From assembly GCA_031409335.1 (NCBI GenBank), contig JANNWY010000037.1, positions 1-59,637 on the forward strand: a stretch of DNA of 59,637 bases, given 5' to 3'. This stretch comes from Chthoniobacteraceae bacterium (GTDB lineage Bacteria > Verrucomicrobiota > Verrucomicrobiia > Chthoniobacterales > Chthoniobacteraceae). Position numbers and translations under genes: made by a program. Shown piece by piece: positions 32,968 through 42,600 of the stretch. How positions within the stretch are numbered: the first letter of the stretch is position 1; each line of letters opens with the position of its first letter. The notes under the pieces were generated by a model. The model was not told the DNA's origin, searched no databases, and saw only the letters and a program-made list of their open reading frames with translations.

Positions 32968-34298
32968 GCGAAATTAAGCGGCGTGAGCGCGACGCCATTC
33001 TCCAATCGTTGCAAGCGGGCCTCGTCCCTCGCCTCGGTCTGCATTTGCTCCAAGTCGGTCGCAAAGATGAAGTAGCGGCACTGCTCAAAGACCTTGAGCG
33101 GATCGAGCAGGGTGGGGCGGCCTTTCGCATCGTCGTTGGGCGATTCGGCAGCGGGAAAAGTTTCTTTCTAAACCTCATCCGCACGCTCGCGCTGCAAAAA
33201 CGGCTCGTCGTCGCGCAGGCGGATTTCACGATGGAGCGCCGCATTCGTTCAACGGGCGGTGAGGCTCGCGCGCTCTATTCGGAATTGATGCGAAACATCG
33301 CCACGAAGGCGAAGCCCGACGGCGGCGCGCTCCGCAATCTGTGTGAAGGCTGGATTTCCGACGTGCATCACGAAGTCACCAGCGGAGGCGGCAGCGAGGA
33401 GGACGTGAAGCGTCGCATCATCGAAGATTTGCGTGGGCTGCAAGAGCACGTCGGCGGCTTTGCGTTCGCGGAAGTGCTCGGCAAATACTACGAAGGCCAC
33501 GCGGGCGGGAATGAAACGATCCAAGGAAACGCCCTCCGCTGGCTGCGCGGCGAATATGCGACGAAGACGGAAGCGCGCCAAGACCTTGGAGTGCGCGACA
33601 TCATCGAGGACGAAAACTTTTACGACAGCCTCAAGCTCATGGGGGCGTTTTGCGCGAAGGCGGGGTTTGGCGGTCTCCTGATCGGCTTGGATGAATTGGT
33701 GGTGCTCTCTCATCGCCTGCCCAACACGCGCGTTCGGCAGGCGAACTACGAGGCGCTGCTCTCCATCATCAATGACTGCTACCAAGGAGGCGCGGCCAAC
33801 CTCGGCTTCGTGCTCGCGGGCACAAACGAATGTTTGGAGGATAAGCGTCGCGGACTTCACAGTTACGAAGCTCTGCGCTCGCGACTCGTGGAAAACGGCT
33901 TCGCGGGCGAGGACGTGCGTGATTTGTCCGGCCCCGTGGTGCGGCTACAGAATCTCACGCCGGAAGATTTGTTCGTTCTGCTCCGCAACATTCGCCACGT
34001 CCACGCGAGCGGCGATGCGGCGAAATATCTCGTTCCCGACGACGCGCTCGTATCCGTCTTGCAGCGAGCGAACGAAACGCTTGGCGCAGAGTATTTCAAA
34101 ACGCCGCGCGACGTGGTGCGCTCGTTTGTCGGTTTGCTGAATGTGTTGGAGCAACACCCCGGCAAAACGTGGCAGGAACTTGTTGGTGCGAATTTCATCA
34201 AAAAGGCGGACGCACCAGCATCGGTGGAGGAGGAAATCGCGCTCGGCGTCGCGACTCCCGTCGATGATGACGGCGACCTCAAGACCTTCAAACTCTGA
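32964..34298 (+). CDS. DUF2791/BrxD-like P-loop ATPase (Shango SngB-like)
   Basis: ATG 32964 overlaps the upstream TGA (ATGA). ILQSLQAGLVPRLGL..QVGR, Walker A GRFGSGKS, ALRWLRGEY, Walker B LLIGLDE, SYEALRSRL, TPRDVVR. Confidence 0.9.
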   Translation: MSEIKRRERDAILQSLQAGLVPRLGLHLLQVGRKDEVAALLKDLERIEQGGAAFRIVVGRFGSGKSFFLNLIRTLALQKRLVVAQADFTMERRIRSTGGEARALYSELMRNIATKAKPDGGALRNLCEGWISDVHHEVTSGGGSEEDVKRRIIEDLRGLQEHVGGFAFAEVLGKYYEGHAGGNETIQGNALRWLRGEYATKTEARQDLGVRDIIEDENFYDSLKLMGAFCAKAGFGGLLIGLDELVVLSHRLPNTRVRQANYEALLSIINDCYQGGAANLGFVLAGTNECLEDKRRGLHSYEALRSRLVENGFAGEDVRDLSGPVVRLQNLTPEDLFVLLRNIRHVHASGDAAKYLVPDDALVSVLQRANETLGAEYFKTPRDVVRSFVGLLNVLEQHPGKTWQELVGANFIKKADAPASVEEEIALGVATPVDDDGDLKTFKL

Positions 34299-36604
34299 TG
34301 AGCGCGGCAGCCTACTCGCTGCTGCATCCCGGTGTGCAGAAGGCAATTTTCCGGCGGGGCTGGAAGGAACTGCATCACATTCAAGTCGAGGCCATCAACG
34401 GGCTGCTCGGTGGCACGGGGCATCTGCTCATCTGCGCGCAGACGGCGGGCGGAAAAACGGAGGCCGCGTTTCTGCCCATCATTTCGCGGCTCGCCGAGAA
34501 TCCCCGCCCGTCCGTTCAGGCACTTTACGTTGGCCCGCTCGTCGCGCTCATAAATGACCAATTTTCGCGGCTGGAAACGCTCTGCGCGGACGTGGAAGTG
34601 CCTGTGCATCGCTGGCACGGTGCGGCGTCGACCACTGAAAAGCGGAAGCTGCGCGACTCGCCCGGCGGCATCCTGCTCATCACGCCGGAATCGCTGGAAT
34701 CCAACTTCATCAACTACGGCGTCCACCTGCGGCGCATCTACGCGGAACTGGATTTCATCGTCATCGACGAATTGCACTCGTTCCTTTCCAACGTGCGTGG
34801 CGTGCATCTTCGCAGCCTCCTCGCACGGCTCTCCGCCGCGACGGGCCGCAAGGCGCGCATCATCGGCCTTTCCGCGACACTCGGCGACCCGCAAGGCGCG
34901 CGCAGTTTCATCGCGCCCGATGCGCCAGAGACCGTGAGCATCATCCATGGCACGGGCGACCAAGCGGTGAAGTTTGGCATCAAGGCGTATCTCCGCCGGG
35001 AAGAAGTTGCAGGCGACAAGGTGCGACGCTGGCATCCGAGTGCGGCACTCGACGCGGCGGTTGCGCTGACACCAGAGCAGGCGCGCGATTCGCGTCCTTT
35101 TGGCAAGCTCCGTGAAACTGAGAATGAAATCTCCTCAGCGAAGGCAGACGAACTCGACGACATCGCTGCCGATGTCCTCCAAACCTGCGCGGACGGAACG
35201 AACCTCGTTTTCGGCAACGCGAAGCAGGGTTTGGAAATCCTCGCGGACAGGCTCCACGCGCGAGTGAAAGCGCTACGCCTGCCACGCGACCCTTTCCACA
35301 TTCACCACGGCTCGCTTTCCAAGGACGTGCGCGAGGAAACGGAGGCGATTTTGAAAAGCGGACAGCCCGCGACGGTGCTTTGCTCCAGCACCCTGGAAAT
35401 GGGAATAGACATCGGCTCCGTGCGGCGCGTGGCGCAGCTCGACCCGCCGTGGAGCGTGGCATCCATGCGGCAGCGGCTCGGGCGCTCTGGACGCCGCCCC
35501 GGTGATGTCGCTGTGATGCGGATTTACTCGCGAGACGAATCGCCGCACGCGGCAAGCACCATCACCGATTTGCTTTTTCCCAAGTTGCTCCGCGCCGTCG
35601 CGCTCTCGCGGCTGATGTTTGCGAAATGGCTGGAGCCCCACGACGCGGACCGGCTCGATCTCAGCACGCTCGTTCACCAAATCCTCAGTTGTCTCCGTGA
35701 GACGGGCGGGACGCCCACCGGGGCGCTGTTCGCGGTACTCGTGAAGGACGGCGCGTTTCGCAATGTGAGCGAGGCCATGTTCCGCAGCGTGCTTCGCTCG
35801 CTCGGCGGAAAACAACTCATCGAGCAAATGCCCACGGGCGAACTCATCCTCGCGCCCTGGGGCGAGCGCATCACTGCGGAGCGCGATTTCTACGCGGCGT
35901 TCGCATCCAGCGAGGAATTTTTCGTTCGGCACGATACTCACGAAATCGGGAAGCTGCAAAGCTCGCTCGTCCCACCAATCGGCGAAAATCTCATCCTCGC
36001 AGGACGGCGCTGGGTTGTGGTGCTGATTGATTCCATCGCCAAGACAGCCTGGGTGCAACCAACGAAGGGAGGCAAAGCGCCCGTCTTTCTCGGCACGGCT
36101 GGTGAGATTCATACGCGCATCGTCGAGGAAATGGCCGCCACGCTCGCCGATGTGGACGAACCGCCTTACCTCGACGGCGCAGCACAAACACTTCTCAAAG
36201 CCGCGCGTGAAACTGCGTTGCGCGCTGGCGTCCTCGCGCCCGGATACATCGTCCGGCCCGAGTCAGTGCAATGGTTCCCCTGGCTCGGCACGCGCGGTTT
36301 GCTCACATTGAAGCTTCACGCGAAATGCGACGGCCTCGCGGCGGAGTGCGACACGCTATCCATCACCTACAACAAAACCGACCCCGTTCGCTGGCGCGCG
36401 CATCTCGAATCCATCTCGCGCGGCGACCGCACCGCGCTCGAACTTGCGCAACACATGGACGTGAAAACCTTCGACAAGTTTGACGAAACGCTCGCGGAGG
36501 AATTGCTGGACGAGGCGAACGCCCGCGACAGGCTCGACCTGCCCGGCGCGAACCTGCGCGCGAGGCAAGCCATTCACGCCCTCGCCACCACCGCGAAGCC
36601 ATGA
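34298..36604 (+). CDS. Lhr-like DEAD/DEAH-box helicase (Shango SngC / BrxHI-like)
   Basis: TGATG overlap. AQTAGGKTEAA, ITPESLE, IDELH, GLSAT, HHGSL, STLEMGIDIG, QRLGRSGR. Confidence 0.92.
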   Translation: MSAAAYSLLHPGVQKAIFRRGWKELHHIQVEAINGLLGGTGHLLICAQTAGGKTEAAFLPIISRLAENPRPSVQALYVGPLVALINDQFSRLETLCADVEVPVHRWHGAASTTEKRKLRDSPGGILLITPESLESNFINYGVHLRRIYAELDFIVIDELHSFLSNVRGVHLRSLLARLSAATGRKARIIGLSATLGDPQGARSFIAPDAPETVSIIHGTGDQAVKFGIKAYLRREEVAGDKVRRWHPSAALDAAVALTPEQARDSRPFGKLRETENEISSAKADELDDIAADVLQTCADGTNLVFGNAKQGLEILADRLHARVKALRLPRDPFHIHHGSLSKDVREETEAILKSGQPATVLCSSTLEMGIDIGSVRRVAQLDPPWSVASMRQRLGRSGRRPGDVAVMRIYSRDESPHAASTITDLLFPKLLRAVALSRLMFAKWLEPHDADRLDLSTLVHQILSCLRETGGTPTGALFAVLVKDGAFRNVSEAMFRSVLRSLGGKQLIEQMPTGELILAPWGERITAERDFYAAFASSEEFFVRHDTHEIGKLQSSLVPPIGENLILAGRRWVVVLIDSIAKTAWVQPTKGGKAPVFLGTAGEIHTRIVEEMAATLADVDEPPYLDGAAQTLLKAARETALRAGVLAPGYIVRPESVQWFPWLGTRGLLTLKLHAKCDGLAAECDTLSITYNKTDPVRWRAHLESISRGDRTALELAQHMDVKTFDKFDETLAEELLDEANARDRLDLPGANLRARQAIHALATTAKP

Positions 36605-37383
36605 AGCCATCGTCCGAGAACGAAACGCCCGGCGACTTACCGCACGTTGGCCTTATGGAAATCGCCGTGCTCGTGCTCTCCGTGTATGTGCTCGGCGCGC
36701 TTCTCGCGCAGATCGTTTTTCACGTCCCGCCGGAAGTCAGCCTGCTTCTGGACCACATTGATGCCTTCGTGTGCGTCGTTTTTCTCGCCGACTTCGCGGT
36801 GCGCTTCCGGCGGGCACCGTCGAAGCTGGCTTTCATGAAGTGGGGCTGGATCGACCTCATTTCCAGCATCCCCGCTTACGACTTCCTCCGCTGGGGGCGC
36901 ATGGTGCGGATCATCCGCATAGTGCGCATTCTGCGGGCATTCGGTTCCACGCGGCGCCTCGTCGCCGCCCTTTACCGCAATCGCACCAGGAGCCTCGCGC
37001 TGACAACCTTGCTCACCGCGTCGGTGCTCGTCATTTTTTCGTCCATCGCCGTGCTCGCATTTGAGGACAAAAATGAATCGAGCATCCGCACACCCTTCGA
37101 CGCTCTGTGGTGGGCGGTTTCCACCATGACAACTGTCGGCTACGGCGACACGGTTCCGGTGACGGTCGAGGGGAAAATCGTCGCGATGATTCTCATGGTC
37201 ACGGGCGTTGGCCTTTTCGGCGTGCTCACCGGACTTTTCGCGCGGCTCTTCATGGAGCCGGATCTGAAAAAGGAGGACGCCGACATTTCAGCGCTCACCA
37301 CAGAAATTCGCGTTCTGCATGAGCGCATGGAGCGCATTGAGGGAAAACTAGATGAAGCATCGCGCAAAATCCTGGGTGGCTAA
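36601..37383 (+). CDS. 6TM voltage-gated potassium channel
   Basis: Selectivity filter WWAVSTMTTVGYGD, S4-like RWGRMVRIIRIVRILR, C-terminal coiled coil. ATGA overlap with the helicase stop. Confidence 0.93.
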   Translation: MKPSSENETPGDLPHVGLMEIAVLVLSVYVLGALLAQIVFHVPPEVSLLLDHIDAFVCVVFLADFAVRFRRAPSKLAFMKWGWIDLISSIPAYDFLRWGRMVRIIRIVRILRAFGSTRRLVAALYRNRTRSLALTTLLTASVLVIFSSIAVLAFEDKNESSIRTPFDALWWAVSTMTTVGYGDTVPVTVEGKIVAMILMVTGVGLFGVLTGLFARLFMEPDLKKEDADISALTTEIRVLHERMERIEGKLDEASRKILGG

Positions 37384-37409
37384 GTGACGCAATCGCGCAC
37401 CGTGCCGGC

Positions 37410-37631
37410 TCAGACCGCGAAGAGGTCCGCGACTTTCAGCGTGAGCGCCACGGAGCGCAGGGTGAATGGCGCTTCCATCCCGCGCACGATTTCGAGCGGC
37501 TCCCAGCCGTCGGCGCGGCGGGAGATTTGCACTTCGGGGGCCTCGGGATTCGGATCGATGGTCACGAATTGTTCGAGCGTTTCGATGCGCGGATAGGTCG
37601 CGCGGCTTTCCCCACAGGCAAAGGTCCGCCG
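37410..37631 (-). pseudogene. C-terminal remnant of a Uma2/DUF820-family endonuclease
   Basis: ...GESRATYPRIETLEQFVTIDP..PEVQISRRADGW..EIVRGMEAPFTLRSVALTLKVADLFAV* resembles Uma2 C-termini. The N-terminal PD..EVLS part is missing. Confidence 0.6.
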
Positions 37632-37699
37632 GTGCGGGCGCGGCTTGGGCGGGATTGACTGGTGGTTATTTCCGCGCGCCGATGTTAATGCAATCCGCA

Positions 37700-38398
37700 A
37701 TGACCCTGCCACGCCACATCGCCATCATCATGGATGGCAACGGTCGCTGGGCGAAAGAGCGCGGGCTGCCGCGGATCAAGGGGCACGAGCAGGGCTCGGA
37801 GTCGGTGCGCGCGGTGACGGAGGAATGCGTGGAGCTCGGCGTCGAGTTTCTCACCGTGTATGCGTTCTCCACGGAAAACTGGAAACGTCCACCCGAGGAA
37901 GTGCAGGCGCTCTGGCTGTTGCTCGAACATTTCATCGCGCAGGAAATCCCGACGCTGATGAAAAACAACGTCCGGCTGCGCACCATCGGGCGCATTCACG
38001 AACTGCCCGAAAGCTGCCAGCGCGCACTGTCCGACGCCATCGCGCAGACCGCTCAAAACACGGCGACCAAGCTCATCCTCGCGCTGAACTACAGCAGCCG
38101 CACCGAACTCGTCGATGCCACGCGCGCGCTTTGCGCGCAGGCCGCGGCGGGTGCGCTCGACCCCGCGCGCATCGACGCCGACACGATCAGCGCGCACCTT
38201 TACACCCACGACATTCCCGATCCCGACCTGCTCATCCGCACCTCCGGCGAGCTGCGCCTTTCCAACTTTCTGCTGTGGCAACTCAGCTACACCGAGATCG
38301 TCGTGACCCCGAAACTCTGGCCTGATTTTGGGAAACAGGAACTGCGTGATGCGATCGCAGAGTTCAAGAAACGGCAGCGTCGCTACGGCGGCGTGTGA
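37700..38398 (+). CDS. uppS: Undecaprenyl diphosphate synthase (isoprenyl transferase)
   Basis: PRHIAIIMDGNGRWA, YAFSTENWKRP, PDPDLLIRTSGELRLSNFLLWQ, RRYGG. Start could also be 37682 or 37688. Confidence 0.97.
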   Translation: MTLPRHIAIIMDGNGRWAKERGLPRIKGHEQGSESVRAVTEECVELGVEFLTVYAFSTENWKRPPEEVQALWLLLEHFIAQEIPTLMKNNVRLRTIGRIHELPESCQRALSDAIAQTAQNTATKLILALNYSSRTELVDATRALCAQAAAGALDPARIDADTISAHLYTHDIPDPDLLIRTSGELRLSNFLLWQLSYTEIVVTPKLWPDFGKQELRDAIAEFKKRQRRYGGV

Positions 38399-38414
38399 TC
38401 GGGAAACGCCACGC

Positions 38415-39458
38415 ATGGCTGCTCCGCCATTCGAAGTTTCCGCCTCGCGCCAATTCACCTCGTGGCTGCACGAGCAGCGCGTGTCGTTGGCGTTCACGAC
38501 TTATCAGAGCGGGAAACTTTTTCTGCTCGGGCTGAATGCCGACGCGCGGCTTTCCGTTTTCGAGCGCACCTTCGAGCGGTGCATGGGGCTGTGCGCGACG
38601 GCGGATGCGCGGACGCTTTGGCTGTCGAGTTTGTATCAGCTCTGGCGTTTTGAAAACGCGCTACCCGATGGCGCGACGACGCCGGATGGGTATGACCGGC
38701 TCTACGTCCCGCAATGCGCGTGGACCACGGGGGACGTGGATGCGCACGACATCGCGCTCGACTCCGCTGGACGCCCGGTTTTCGTGAACACACTTTTCTC
38801 CTGCGTCGCCGCGCCGAGCGAGACGCACAGTTTTCGCCTGGTGTGGCAGCCGCCGTTCATCTCGAAGCTCGCGGCGGAAGATCGCTGCCATCTGAACGGG
38901 CTCGCGATGGAAAACGGCGCGCCGCGTTTCGTGACGGCGGTGAGCGCGAGCGATCTGCATGAAGGCTGGCGCGAGCATCGGCGCGCAGGCGGGATCGTGG
39001 TGGATGTCGCGAGCGGGGAGATCGTGGCGCACGGGCTCTCGATGCCGCACTCGCCGCGCATCGTGGGCGGGCGGCTGTTTTTGCTGAACAGCGGGGCGGG
39101 AGAAATCGGTGTGGTCGATCTCGCGAATGGAAAATTCGAGCCGATTTGCTTTTGTCCCGGCTACGCGCGCGGGCTGGCGGTGCATGGAAATTTTGCCGTC
39201 GTCGGGCTTTCGACCTGTCGCGAAAATCGCACCTTCAGCGGACTGCCGCTCGACGATGCGCTCGCGCAAAAAAACGCGCAACCGCGCTGCGGACTGCTCG
39301 TCGTGGACCTGCGCACGGGAGATGTGGTGCATTCGCTCACGATCGAGGGCGTGGTGCGCGAACTCTACGACGTGGCCGTGCTCCCCGGCGTGCGGATGCC
39401 GAGCGCGCTGGGTTTTAAGAGCGAGGAAATCCGCCGCACGATCACGATCGCAGAGTGA
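38415..39458 (+). CDS. TIGR03032 (DUF4915) family protein
   Basis: SLAFTTYQSGKLF, TGDVDAHD, FVNTLFSC, WQPPFISKLAAEDRCHLNGLA, GLSMPHSPR, CPGYARGL, ELYDVAVLPG. Confidence 0.88.
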   Translation: MAAPPFEVSASRQFTSWLHEQRVSLAFTTYQSGKLFLLGLNADARLSVFERTFERCMGLCATADARTLWLSSLYQLWRFENALPDGATTPDGYDRLYVPQCAWTTGDVDAHDIALDSAGRPVFVNTLFSCVAAPSETHSFRLVWQPPFISKLAAEDRCHLNGLAMENGAPRFVTAVSASDLHEGWREHRRAGGIVVDVASGEIVAHGLSMPHSPRIVGGRLFLLNSGAGEIGVVDLANGKFEPICFCPGYARGLAVHGNFAVVGLSTCRENRTFSGLPLDDALAQKNAQPRCGLLVVDLRTGDVVHSLTIEGVVRELYDVAVLPGVRMPSALGFKSEEIRRTITIAE

Positions 39459-39465
39459 GGATTCA

Positions 39466-39604
39466 GGGTAGCACGCTCGTCCCGAGCGTTGGTTTCGGCG
39501 TCCCGCCGAAACGAACTTCCATGACGTGTCGCGGCTGATTTCGTGAACGAACTCCGGGGCAGCGCTTGAGGGAAGTTCGTCTCCGCGGGACGAGCGTGCT
39601 ACCC
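39466..39604. repeat. REP/MITE-like element with nested inverted repeats
   Basis: Perfect 19-bp terminal IR GGGTAGCACGCTCGTCCCG (39466-39484 / 39586-39604), inner 10-bp IR ACGAACTTCC (39511-39520 / 39571-39580), GTAG tetranucleotide next to a hairpin. Confidence 0.85.
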
Positions 39605-39687
39605 GGATTCTGACTACCCACTTTTCCTGAAATAGACGGTCGCGGTTGCTGAGTATGTCACTAGCCTGCGTGCGGGCTTACGAACTT

Positions 39688-42600
39688 ATGAATTCCTCCT
39701 CGTTCCGGCAGTTGCGGTGCAAACAGGCTTCCGCGCGTGGCAGGATCGAGCCGCTGGAAAGCCGCATCGCTCCGGCGCTCGCGAGTCCTTTTCCGCTCGG
39801 CGGCGTGGATGGTGCGAATGGGTTTCATCTTTCGGGGCTCGGCGCTTCGGGGTTTGCCGATCGACCGGCGGCGGGGGCGGGGGATGTGAATGGGGATGGT
39901 TTCGACGATGTGATTTTCGGCGCATCGGGGATCAATGCGGCGTTCGTCGTGTTTGGAAAGGCGGATGGTTTTCCCGCGGATCTGAATCTCACGACGCTCG
40001 ATGGCACGAACGGATTTCGCATCGATGGCACGGCGGCTTCGCGGTCGTTCGGGCAGGTCGTGAGCGCGGCGGGCGATCTGAATGGCGATGGGTTTGCGGA
40101 TGTCGTCGTCGGCGCGTTTAACGAAACCATCGGCGCGCGTTTTCAGGCCGGTGCGGCTTACGTCGTTTTTGGAAAGGCGACGTTCGCCGCGAATTTTTCG
40201 ATCGCGGCGCTCGATGGCCCGAATGGCTTCAAAGTCAGCGGCGTGTTGGCGAACGATCAGACGGGTTCGGAACTCGGCGCGGCGGGCGATCTCAATGGCG
40301 ACGGCTTCGACGATGTAGTCGTCGCTGCGCCGGGCGCGAATGTGCGCGGCTCCCCGGATGGCAGCGCGTTTGTCGTCTTCGGGCGGGCGGGCGGCTTCGC
40401 GGCTTCGCTCGCGCTCGGCGCGCTCACGGGCGCGAATGGTTTTCGAATCAACGGCGCGGCGGTGTCCGATTTTTTCGGCCAGCGGCCTTCCTCCGCGGGC
40501 GATGTGAATGGCGACGGGTTCGGCGATCTCATCGTCGGTGCGCCGGGCGCGGATGCGAACGGCGCGAATTCCGGCGCGGCCTACGTAATTTTTGGGCGGA
40601 CGAATTTCGCCGCGACCCTCGAAGTCTCCGCGCTCACTGGCGCGAATGGTTTTCGCCTGCGCGGTGCGGCGGCGGGCGACCGCGCGGGGTTTTCCGTGGC
40701 GGGCGGTGGCGATGTGAATGGCGACGGTTTCGCGGATGTGGTGGTTGGCGCGTTTTTGGCGAATGCGAATGGCGTCGGCAGCGGCGCGGCTTACGTGGTC
40801 TTTGGCAAGGCGAGGGGCTTTGCCGCGAGTGTCGCGCTCGCAACCCTCGATGGCACCAATGGCTTTCGCCTGTCCGGCGAGGAGGCGCAGGCGCGCACCG
40901 GCTACTCGGTGCATCTCGCGGACGATGTGAATGGCGACGGTTTCGACGACGTGATCGTGAGCGCGCTGGGCTTCTCCGGGCGCGCGAGCAACGCTACTTC
41001 CTACGTCGTCTATGGACAGCCGGGATTCTCCGCGAGCATCGCGCTCGCGGACGTCGGCGTGGACGAGGGCGTGGCTGGCGTGAAGCTCCTCCGCGCGCAG
41101 GCGAACGACAGCTCGGGCAGCAACATCGGGGGTGGCGACATCAATGGCAACGGTTTCGAGGACATCGTGAGCAGCGATCTTTTCGGCGGCGCGGTGGTCT
41201 TCGGCTCGGGCTCGCCCGTCGTCTCGCAGCTCGGCGACAAGACGGCGAACACACTCACCGGCAGTGCCTTCAAGGACATCCTCATCGGAGGCGCGGCGGG
41301 CGATTTGCTTTTGGGAAATGGCGGCGCGGATGTGCTGCGCGGCGGGCAGGGCGACGACGTGCTCGCGATCAGCGACCTGAGTTTTTTCAAAATCGCGGGC
41401 GGTCTCGGCACCGACACGCTGCGGCTCGATAGCGCGGGGCTTTCCCTTGATCTCACTATGATTCGGGACGCGAAAATCCAGGGCATCGAACGCATCGACC
41501 TCACCGGCTCGGGCGCGAACACGCTCACGCTCACCGCGCGCGAGGTGCTGAATCTTTCGCCCACCACGAACACGCTCACCGTCCTCGGCAACGCCGACGA
41601 CCGCGTGAACTTCGGCGCGGGCTGGATTCGCGAGGCGAACCAGACGGATGGGGCGACGACGCTGAAAGTTTTCACCAACGGCGCGGCCACACTGCGCATC
41701 GCCGATGCAGTCGGCTCGCCGCTGCCGAAGGGTTACGTGTTGTCGATCGCGGGCACCGCTCTGCCGGGCCTGACGTTAAATGGCGCTGCAAACGATGCGG
41801 CAGCCTTTGTCGGCTCCGCAGGGGATGTGAATGGCGACGGCTTTGATGATTTTCTCATCGGCGCGATCCGCGAGTCTGCCAACGGTGCCTATTCCGGCGC
41901 GGCTTACGTCGTCTTTGGCAAAGCGGGTGGCCTCACCTCGCCGCTCGAACTCGCCAGCCTCAACGGGACGAACGGCTTCGCCATCCGCGGCGCGGCGGCG
42001 GCGGAACTGCTCGGCGGCAGCGTGAGCGCGGCGGGCGATTTCAATGGCGACGGTTTCGGCGACATCATCGTCGGTGCGACTAATTCCTTCGTCGGCACCA
42101 GTACGGGCGCGGCTTATGTGATCTTCGGAAAAGCAGGCCCGTTCGCCCCGGTGCTCGAAGTCTCCGCGCTCAATGGCACGAATGGCTTCAAGTTGCGCGG
42201 CGCTTCCCCCGGCGACCAGGCTGGCCGCGCCGTGCATTCGGCGGGCGACGTGAATGGCGACGGCTTCGATGATGTGGTGATCGGCGCGACGGCCGTGAAG
42301 ACCGGCGCGGTGCTGTTCACGGGCCGCGCCTACGTCGTCTTCGGACGCGCGACGAGCCCCGGCGCGACGCTCGATCTCGCCTCGCTAAATGGCGCGAATG
42401 GTTTTGCCATCGCGGGCGTCACGTCCGTCGCGCAAGTCGGCGGAACGGTGGGCGGCGGCGATGTGAACGGCGACGGCTTTAGCGATGTGATCGTGGGCGC
42501 GATCGGCACGGGGAAAACCCACGTCGTTTTCGGCAAGGCCACGCCCTTCGCGCCGACGCTCGCCGTCACCGCGCTCAATGGCACAAACGGTTTCACGATC

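Noticed and set aside
32964..36604. Type 2 BREX/Pgl system
   Set aside because: No pglW/pglX/pglY/pglZ; the upstream TerB-domain gene fits Shango instead.
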